From the NCBI GenBank assembly GCA_964384845.1, contig CAYLLU010000006.1:1-56915 (forward strand): 56,915 bases of DNA. Direction: 5' to 3'. The notes below the pieces were generated by a model, which was not told the DNA's origin, made no database searches, and saw nothing but the letters and a program-made list of their open reading frames with translations. Of this stretch, positions 50,132 to 56,915 are shown one piece after another; position 1 is the first letter of the stretch, and each line of letters starts with the position of its first letter. This DNA comes from an uncultured Dehalococcoidia bacterium. GTDB lineage: Bacteria; Chloroflexota; Dehalococcoidia; Lucifugimonadales; CAJWER01. Position numbers and translations under genes: made by a program.

Positions 50132-51310
50132 ATGAAACTAGCGGAGCGCATGGGACGTCTTGGTACCGAAACCGCCTTTGAGGTACTTGCCGCGGCTAAA
50201 CGGCTCGAGGCGGAGGGCATGGATGTTATCCATCTTGAGATCGGTGAGCCCGACTTCGACACACCTCAGAATATTGTTGACGCTGGTATCAATGCCCTCA
50301 AAGAAGGATACACGCACTACGGTCCTTCTCCCGGTTTCAACGAGGCCCGAGCCTGTATTGCCCAAGAGATCGCGACCACGCGAAACATCCCTGTCACTAG
50401 CGACAATATTGTGGTTACGCCCGGTGGCAAGCCCGTCATGTTTTTTGCGATGCTGGCACTGATAGATAATGGTGACGAGGTATTGTACCCCAACCCCGGA
50501 TTCCCCATATACGAGTCCATGATTAACTTCACCGGCGGAGTCCCAGTTCCTATGAAACTTCTTGCGGAGCGTGACTTCGCGATCGACGTCGAGGAGGTAG
50601 CTTCTCAGATCACTCCTCGTACCAAGATGATGGTGCTGAATTCGCCCAACAACCCCTGTGGGAGCATCATCGATAAGGACAGTCTAGAGGTGCTCGCAAA
50701 ATTGGCCTGTGAGCACGATCTGGTCGTGCTCTCGGACGAGATCTACAGCCGCTTTCTGTATGAGGGCGAGCACCACAGCATTGCGGCCTTCCCAGGGATG
50801 CTGGAACGCACCATTATCCTAGATGGTTTCTCGAAGACCTACGCGATGACTGGGTGGCGCGCTGGCTACGGGGTCATGCCCATGGAATTGGTGGAGCCAA
50901 TTTCAAGGCTGAGCACCAATAGTATATCCTGTACAGCGTCATTTACGCAGATTGCCGCCATAGAAGCCCTCGATGGCCCCCAGGACGAGCCCAACCATAT
51001 TGTCGCTGAGTTTAAGAAGCGGCGTGACATCATTGTTAATGGGCTCAACGAGATACGAGGCATTCGCTGCCCAATGCCGAAGGGCGCGTTCTACATATTC
51101 CCTGATATCAAGGGTACTGGGATGAGCAGTCGAGAATTCGCTGATGGTTTGCTACACGAAGCGGGAGTAGCCTGTCTCGCGGGCGAGGCTTTTGGGCAGT
51201 ATGGTGACGGTTGTGTCCGCTTCTCCTTCGCCAATTCCTCTGAGAATATCGAGATTGCCCTAGAGCGCATTGACCAATGGGTTCGTAGCAAGAACGTTGC
51301 GCGCGCTTAG
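50132..51310 (+). CDS. class I pyridoxal-phosphate aminotransferase (aspartate aminotransferase-like)
   Basis: 392 aa with LNSPNNPCG, a PLP-lysine motif SKTYAMTGWRAGY, and VRFSFA. AGGAG SD. Confidence 0.9.
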   Translation: MKLAERMGRLGTETAFEVLAAAKRLEAEGMDVIHLEIGEPDFDTPQNIVDAGINALKEGYTHYGPSPGFNEARACIAQEIATTRNIPVTSDNIVVTPGGKPVMFFAMLALIDNGDEVLYPNPGFPIYESMINFTGGVPVPMKLLAERDFAIDVEEVASQITPRTKMMVLNSPNNPCGSIIDKDSLEVLAKLACEHDLVVLSDEIYSRFLYEGEHHSIAAFPGMLERTIILDGFSKTYAMTGWRAGYGVMPMELVEPISRLSTNSISCTASFTQIAAIEALDGPQDEPNHIVAEFKKRRDIIVNGLNEIRGIRCPMPKGAFYIFPDIKGTGMSSREFADGLLHEAGVACLAGEAFGQYGDGCVRFSFANSSENIEIALERIDQWVRSKNVARA

Positions 51311-51544
51311 TTTGGCAGTGGTGGTAATACTAAATGGGCTGGGTTCGCTTTGCCCGGTGTACAAAAGTGCCCCTCGTATTGTCTGTTCGATCTTTTCTTT
51401 CGAAGGGGGAAGAGTTTTATGCATGATGGTTGTCCATGAGTTGTCGGCCACATTACAAATCATCCAGCGGGAAACCCCCTTAGGGGCTCCGATTCTCTAG
51501 ACACAAGACGCACCATCCTACATAACATGTAGATCCTGAGGCCA

Positions 51545-53293
51545 ATGCTCCAAATTCCAGACCCCAAATGCAACACACCGCTCCCCGCCTTCCGACTCGC
51601 TCTGGCACAGATCAATCCCACGGTAGGCGACCTGAAAGGTAATACCGCCAGGATCATCGAGTACGTCGATCGCGCCCGCGAACTGGGCGCACACATGGTC
51701 GCCTTCCCAGAGCTGGTTATTCCCGGCTACCCGCCCGAGGATCTGCTGTTCAAATCACAGTTCGTTCGGGCGAATATAGACCGGATGTGGGAGATCGTAG
51801 CAGCCTCCGAGGGAATCACTGTTGTTGTGGGGTTCGCTGACGACGACGGCCACGTTCGCAACTCTGCGGCGATCGCCCATGATGGCAAGCTTATAGGCAC
51901 CTACCACAAGGTATTCTTACCCAACTATGGTGTCTTTGACGAGGAGCGCTATTTCTGGGCGGGTGATGAGTGTCCAGTATTCGTGCTCGACGGAACCCCA
52001 ATCGGTGTAAATATATGTGAGGACATCTGGCGCCCAGTTGGGCCAGCGACTGTGCAACAATCCGCGGGGGCCCGCGTCGTGGTGAACATTAGCGCCTCAC
52101 CATTTCATGCAGGTAAACGCCTGGAACGCGAGAGGATGCTCTCGGACCGAGCTATCGACCACGGGCTGTTCGTGGCCTACGTGAACATGGTGGGTGGACA
52201 GGACGAACTCGTCTTCGACGGAGCCAGTATTATCCTAGACCCCTCTGGGGAGATTGTCGCCAGAGGTTCGCAATTTGCCGAGGAACTGGTGGTGGCCGAT
52301 CTTGATCTTGAGTTCATCGTGGAGCCGCGCCAATACTCCTATTCGTCTATTTCAACCATTGGGAAATCACGTCGCATTGTGGTTCCTAGAAGGTCTCTAG
52401 ATTGTATGCCTCCCATTGATGCGAAGGAACCCATGGTCTATGAGGGAGTTGCTGAGGTCTATGCTGCCCTCGTAACCGGTACTCGCGACTACGTTTTGAA
52501 GTCAGGGTTTACGAAGGTGCTAGTGGCCATTTCCGGGGGCATTGACTCAAGTCTCGTAGCGGCTATCGCCGCCGACGCCCTCGGGCCCGACAACGTGGTG
52601 GGCATATGGATGCCGTCGCGCTACTCGTCGGACAGTAGCATGCTCGACGCGACGAGCTTAGCCCAGAATTTGGGCATTGAGATACGGACGATATCCATTG
52701 AAGCGCCCTTTTCAACTAACCTGGATACACTTGCCCCGCATTTCAAGGGGACCGAGACCGGTATAGCTGAGGAGAACCTGCAATCGCGTATACGAGGCGT
52801 CTTGATTATGGCACTGTCCAACAAGTTTGGCTGGATGGTGCTCACTACAGGCAATAAGAGTGAGATGGCGGTAGGCTACGCCACCATTTACGGTGACATG
52901 GCTGGTGGGTGTGGGGTTATCAAGGATGTGCCGAAGACTCTCGTGTACGAACTCTCGGAGTATCGGAACACCATTACAGAGATTGCCCCGATATCTCGGA
53001 ACGTCATCGAAAAGCCGCCGAGTGCTGAGCTGCGCCCGGACCAGAAGGACGAGGACAGCCTGCCACCCTATGATGTGTTGGACCCGATTCTGGAGGCCTA
53101 TGTAGAGGATGACCGGAGCCTCTCCGAGATCATCGCAATGGGGTACGAAGAATGTCTCGTCAGGCAGGTAATCTCGCTTGTGGACCGCAGTGAGTATAAA
53201 CGACGCCAGGCCCCACCGGGGATAAAAGTCACAACTCGTAATTTCGGCCGAGATCGTCGGATGCCAATTGTGAACCATTACCAATCATACTAG
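51545..53293 (+). CDS. nadE: glutamine-dependent NAD+ synthetase
   Basis: 582 aa. N-terminal nitrilase/CN-hydrolase domain (FPEL, NICEDIW), then a C-terminal synthetase domain with SGGIDSS. Exact start uncertain. Confidence 0.95.
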   Translation: MLQIPDPKCNTPLPAFRLALAQINPTVGDLKGNTARIIEYVDRARELGAHMVAFPELVIPGYPPEDLLFKSQFVRANIDRMWEIVAASEGITVVVGFADDDGHVRNSAAIAHDGKLIGTYHKVFLPNYGVFDEERYFWAGDECPVFVLDGTPIGVNICEDIWRPVGPATVQQSAGARVVVNISASPFHAGKRLERERMLSDRAIDHGLFVAYVNMVGGQDELVFDGASIILDPSGEIVARGSQFAEELVVADLDLEFIVEPRQYSYSSISTIGKSRRIVVPRRSLDCMPPIDAKEPMVYEGVAEVYAALVTGTRDYVLKSGFTKVLVAISGGIDSSLVAAIAADALGPDNVVGIWMPSRYSSDSSMLDATSLAQNLGIEIRTISIEAPFSTNLDTLAPHFKGTETGIAEENLQSRIRGVLIMALSNKFGWMVLTTGNKSEMAVGYATIYGDMAGGCGVIKDVPKTLVYELSEYRNTITEIAPISRNVIEKPPSAELRPDQKDEDSLPPYDVLDPILEAYVEDDRSLSEIIAMGYEECLVRQVISLVDRSEYKRRQAPPGIKVTTRNFGRDRRMPIVNHYQSY

Positions 53294-53453
53294 GTTGGGT
53301 TGAGTTCCAGACTAATGTCGTACTTATTAGGTGTCGGGTCGCTCTAATTAGTGCCCACATTAGATAGGACATTTACCAGATCGTCTATCTTAAAGGTCCT
53401 GCTGACGATCAGATCTACCACTTCCAGTTGTGCTCGTACTAGCTGTTCCCTTA

Positions 53454-55160
53454 CTAGAAAGCGTCTTCCCTAGCCGCAATGATTTCGAGATCCGCCCGCG
53501 TGTATGAGCCAAGACTCCTGAAATCAAATTCCGTGTAGTTCTTGATCCAGCGCATCGCAATCTTGACCGCCTTTAGATACCGCGTCCTTGTCGCAGCAAG
53601 CGCAACTTGTTCCGTCTGGTCCAGATCGCTAGTCTCGGTCTTCAGTAGCCGGATGATATCTTCTGCTTCCTCTTGGAGTAGCGTCTTGATGAGACCAAAG
53701 TCGTGGACCTGGCCAGTCTCAGTGTCCTTCACACTATGGACTACCCGTTGGGCGATCTGCGCGACCGACATCCTCCCGGTCGCTAGGTCCTCCATAAGCG
53801 CCGGGTGGATACCGGGCTTGCCCGCTAGGCTGGCGATGCCCTTTGCGCCTCTACCGTTTAGCCAGCCCTCGATATACTCTACGAGCATACGGGCGTTGCG
53901 CCGTGTGCCCTCGATGGTGATAGGTCCCTCGGGCACTGCAATTTCTACTGGATAGCGATCGGGGTCGTGCTGCTCGGGGGATGGGGTCCACCCTGTGCCT
54001 CGAAGAGATTTGAACGGATCCGCAGCCGTCTGCATATGGAAAATGTGGGCGGTCCAAGCTCGTATAAAGCCCTGGGCGGCTTCCCACTCCTTGTCAGCGG
54101 TAATTGTGGCGGCCGCAGACTCGTTGACCTCAGAGTCCCGGTTGGGCAGCGCCGTCGCCATTCCTCCGATAGGCACCGCCCCGCGTTTCAGGCAGATGGC
54201 CACCAGTCGCCTGAAGATGGTTGAGAGGAACTCAGTAGTTTTGATGTCGACACCAAATCTGTCGGGCCAGACCGAATCCGGGTCCGCCAGCACGAACTCA
54301 AAGATGCTGGCCTTGAAGTCCCAGCGAGCGGCGTTCAGTCCAGCTGCATACGGACCGAGGGCATACAAAGTCTCTTCCATCTGATAAGCCATTGGCAGCG
54401 ACTCCACCAGAGGAATCGCCCGTATGACAGCTGAGCCTGGAAGGTTCAATAACTCGAATGTAGCGTCGAAGAACTCGCGCCAGAACCCTGCCTCCTCCGA
54501 CGATTCCATCTTGGGCAGATAGAAGTAGACCCCCTGTTCTCGCTCAATCTGTGCTTGCCCGGCGTGAAACAGTGTAAGAGCAGTCCCAAGGATAGCTGCA
54601 GAGACCGGACTACCGTCTATAGTCACGTCGGGCTCATCAAGGTGAAGCCCTCGTTCCCGGTGCATGAAAAAGGGGATCTCGCCGTCCTGGATACTATAGT
54701 GCCTCCCCGTCACGTCGTTAGTAAACTCCAGTGTCCGATTGACGGCGGCCAGTCTGTTACGGGCAGCCGTAACGGTGTCCACAAACCTGTGGCCGGCGGC
54801 GTCCTCGTCATCGTCCAGGTCTCCGACGGCACGGGTCCCCTCCGGACCGGGGTTCAGGGCGTTGATGAACATACTGGTCACGGACGCTGGCCCGGTTATC
54901 TCGATTCCCGGGCGTCTCAGTTCTTCGGGTACAGGCGGGACCTGCCAATCTCCGGTGTTGATGTCGGATGTCGGCAGGTGTGTGGGCATAATCCCCTGCT
55001 GCAGTGCCTGTCTTAACACGATGGCTCTCTTGTCGCGTAGCTCGGTCACTCTACCCGCAAACCTGTCGTGTAATGCCACGAGGTAATCGATGAACTCTGG
55101 CGTGAATAGTTCATCGGCGCCTTTGATACCTGCAAAATCCACTCTTGAGATCGCGACCAT
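53454..55160 (-). CDS. aceB: malate synthase A-type
   Basis: 568 aa with RGLHL, YFYLPKMES, GLNAARWDF (signature-like) and LMEDLATGRMSVAQ (compare LMEDAATAEISRAQ, which holds the catalytic Asp). AGGAGG SD. Confidence 0.88.
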   Translation of the reverse strand: MVAISRVDFAGIKGADELFTPEFIDYLVALHDRFAGRVTELRDKRAIVLRQALQQGIMPTHLPTSDINTGDWQVPPVPEELRRPGIEITGPASVTSMFINALNPGPEGTRAVGDLDDDEDAAGHRFVDTVTAARNRLAAVNRTLEFTNDVTGRHYSIQDGEIPFFMHRERGLHLDEPDVTIDGSPVSAAILGTALTLFHAGQAQIEREQGVYFYLPKMESSEEAGFWREFFDATFELLNLPGSAVIRAIPLVESLPMAYQMEETLYALGPYAAGLNAARWDFKASIFEFVLADPDSVWPDRFGVDIKTTEFLSTIFRRLVAICLKRGAVPIGGMATALPNRDSEVNESAAATITADKEWEAAQGFIRAWTAHIFHMQTAADPFKSLRGTGWTPSPEQHDPDRYPVEIAVPEGPITIEGTRRNARMLVEYIEGWLNGRGAKGIASLAGKPGIHPALMEDLATGRMSVAQIAQRVVHSVKDTETGQVHDFGLIKTLLQEEAEDIIRLLKTETSDLDQTEQVALAATRTRYLKAVKIAMRWIKNYTEFDFRSLGSYTRADLEIIAAREDAF

Positions 55161-55307
55161 CCAGCTTGCCTCCTAACACTGACTGAAGCCAAAACACGCA
55201 CATGTTACCACACGTACCCATGTCACTCTTTCACGATAGATCGCTGCTCTGATACAATCTATGCGGTTTTTTGGGGTAAATTCACAAGTTAAGAAAAGAG
55301 GACAGGA

Positions 55308-56606
55308 ATGACTGTCTGCGCAGTATTGGGGGCCCAGTGGGGTGACGAGGGTAAAGGAAAAATAATCGACTTCCTGGCGAAGGATGCTGACGTCACGGCT
55401 AGGTTCTCTGGTGGTAATAACGCCGGTCACACTGTTATGAATCCCGAGGGCACCTTCAAGCTTCACCTAGTGCCCTCGGGCATTTTCTGGCCGCAGGGAA
55501 TCGCCGTTGTTGGCAATGGCGTCGTGATAGACCCCGGTGCACTACTCGGGGAGATAGAGGCATTGAAGGTCCGTGGTATTGATTTGGATGGCAGGCTCGT
55601 TGTGAGCGAGCGATCCCACTTGGTAATGCCTTACCACGTGAAGCTTGATGAGTTGGCGGAGAAGGCTAGAGGGGACCAGGCCATTGGCACAACCGGTAAG
55701 GGCATTGGTCCTGCCTACACTGACAAGGCCGCGCGCAGCGGCATCCGGGCAGCGGACCTGCTAGATCTTGAGGCGCTCTACCCACGGCTCGAGGCCGTTC
55801 TCGCCCACCACAATGCCATCATAGAGAAGGTTTACGGCGACATGCCTCTCAAACTCGATGAGATTTTTGAGATGTGCAGGGAGTGGGAGTCTTTACTGTC
55901 CCCATACATAGGCCCAGTGGAACATATTGTCTACGATGCCGCCGAGGCCGGCAAGATGGTTATCATCGAGGGTGCCCAGGGCATGATGCTTGATCTTGAC
56001 CACGGGACCTACCCCTATGTAACATCGTCTCATCCTACGATAGGCGGCGCATGTACTGGCCTCGGACTTCTACCTAGCCAGATCGATGTGGTCCTGGGCG
56101 TGTTTAAGGCCTATAGCACCCGGGTCGGCAGCGGTCCCTTTCTCACAGAGATTTTCGATGAAACCGGGGACAGGATAAGGAACCTTGCTAACGAGTTCGG
56201 AACCACCACGGGTAGGCCGCGCCGGGTGGGTTGGTTCGACTCAGTGGTCGCTCGGTACAGCAGTAGGATCAATGGTTACACTTCAATGGTCCTGACCCGA
56301 CTCGACGTACTGGACGACTTCGATACCATCAAGATTTGTGACACCTACGAGCTCGATGGTGAGCTGGTCAAGGATTTCCCGGGCAGCGCGACCCTTCTGG
56401 AGCGGTGCAAACCGATCTACGAAGATTTTTCTGGATGGGATGGCATCACTGCTGGAGTTACCAAACTAGCGGACCTCCCAACGGGGGCCCGAGCATACGT
56501 AGAGCGACTTGAAGAGCTAGTAGGACGCCCCATAGACATTATCTCTACGGGTCCCTATCGCCACGAGACCATAGTAGTTCGTGAAATTGGAACTGCGCGG
56601 GCGTAG
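55308..56606 (+). CDS. purA: adenylosuccinate synthase
   Basis: 432 aa with GAQWGDEGKGK, GTTGKGIGPAY and GTTTGRPRR motifs. Confidence 0.97.
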   Translation: MTVCAVLGAQWGDEGKGKIIDFLAKDADVTARFSGGNNAGHTVMNPEGTFKLHLVPSGIFWPQGIAVVGNGVVIDPGALLGEIEALKVRGIDLDGRLVVSERSHLVMPYHVKLDELAEKARGDQAIGTTGKGIGPAYTDKAARSGIRAADLLDLEALYPRLEAVLAHHNAIIEKVYGDMPLKLDEIFEMCREWESLLSPYIGPVEHIVYDAAEAGKMVIIEGAQGMMLDLDHGTYPYVTSSHPTIGGACTGLGLLPSQIDVVLGVFKAYSTRVGSGPFLTEIFDETGDRIRNLANEFGTTTGRPRRVGWFDSVVARYSSRINGYTSMVLTRLDVLDDFDTIKICDTYELDGELVKDFPGSATLLERCKPIYEDFSGWDGITAGVTKLADLPTGARAYVERLEELVGRPIDIISTGPYRHETIVVREIGTARA

Positions 56607-56738
56607 TTTAGATTGAACTAGTTGTTCCTAGGACCTGGGAATACCTTCTTGGGTGTGATCTCCCGACACGGGTGCATAGATCGCTCTGACGCCTCTAGAA
56701 TTTAGAATTGATCTCAAACCCAGTCATCGGAGAAACAC

Positions 56739-56915
56739 ATGGCGCGCCAGAATTTTACTGACCGGTTAGCATCAGGCCAAAACTTCCTGCTAGATGGCGG
56801 TACCGGCTCTGAGCTTCAGCGTCGTGGCGTCAACATCGCCCGCGGCTGGAACAAGTCGGGCGACATCGGACCATGGTCCTCTGTCGCCAACAAGACATCC
56901 CCCGACACAGTTCGC
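56739..56915 (+). CDS. homocysteine S-methyltransferase family protein (5' partial, runs off the window)
   Basis: ATG 56739 is preceded by GGAGAAA. The translation FLLDGGTGSELQRRG matches the N-terminal motif of PF02574 enzymes. Confidence 0.7.
   Translation, partial: MARQNFTDRLASGQNFLLDGGTGSELQRRGVNIARGWNKSGDIGPWSSVANKTSPDTVR

Noticed and set aside
51518-51532. Palindrome CTACATaacATGTAG 13 nt upstream of the nadE start, considered as a NiaR/NrtR-type operator.
   Set aside because: It is a short 6-bp arm palindrome that I cannot match to a known operator consensus, so chance occurrence is plausible.
54045-54071. Malate synthase segment GFIRAWTAH aligns with the GHDGTWVAHP motif but lacks the Asp, which suggested a dead enzyme.
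   Set aside because: The catalytic Asp of A-type malate synthases lies in the LMEDAATAE motif. That motif is conserved here as LMEDLATGR (about nt 53787-53795), so there is no basis to call the enzyme inactive.

Overview
This is about 57 kb of bacterial chromosome. GC is mid-50s % by spot counts, and GGAGG-type Shine-Dalgarno sites are strong. Gene content (standalone F420 CofE, DUF2723 membrane protein, AtpZ-led ATP synthase operon, SelA-like and Ldh_2 enzymes) suggests a Chloroflexota-like organism (Dehalococcoidia or SAR202 type), but that is inference only. All protein calls come from reading motifs in the supplied translations; no searches were run.

The window is mostly housekeeping:
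- rph, pheST, moeA, ilvE and a PAP2 phosphatase
- a 1203-aa fused ABC exporter
- an Ldh_2 dehydrogenase, a SelA/DgaE-like PLP enzyme and glpK
- cofE, and a citE-like gene followed by folB
- a cobalamin riboswitch with terminator controlling a btuFCD-type importer
- a beta-propeller lactonase, a MidA/NDUFAF7-type methyltransferase, citrate synthase and rex
- a complete F1Fo operon (atpZ-B-E-F-H-A-G-D-C)
- a bifunctional nuclease, DUF951, pyrF, sfsA and an EndoIII-like glycosylase
- comB-like, ispH, an aminotransferase, nadE, malate synthase A, purA and a partial homocysteine methyltransferase

I saw no rRNA, tRNA, CRISPR array, transposase or integrase. Many ORF-track entries are N-terminally over-extended, and I re-set those starts using SD sites and family N-termini.

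No clearly novel multi-gene system was found. The most unusual items are:
1. Two paralogous small CxH...CxxC zinc-ribbon proteins. One is monocistronic; the other lies 39 nt upstream of the MidA-type methyltransferase.
2. An accessory-looking stretch at 43.9-47.7 kb. It holds a gene-poor 0.8 kb segment, a 683-aa membrane ORFan with three tandem repeats of about 94 aa, and a 240-aa ORFan.
3. An acidic insertion of roughly 55-60 aa in ATP synthase subunit a.
4. Long non-coding regions upstream of pheS (about 745 bp) and between glpK and the zinc-ribbon gene (about 600 bp).
5. A tandem 16-bp direct repeat next to a Lys-rich 50-codon ORF.
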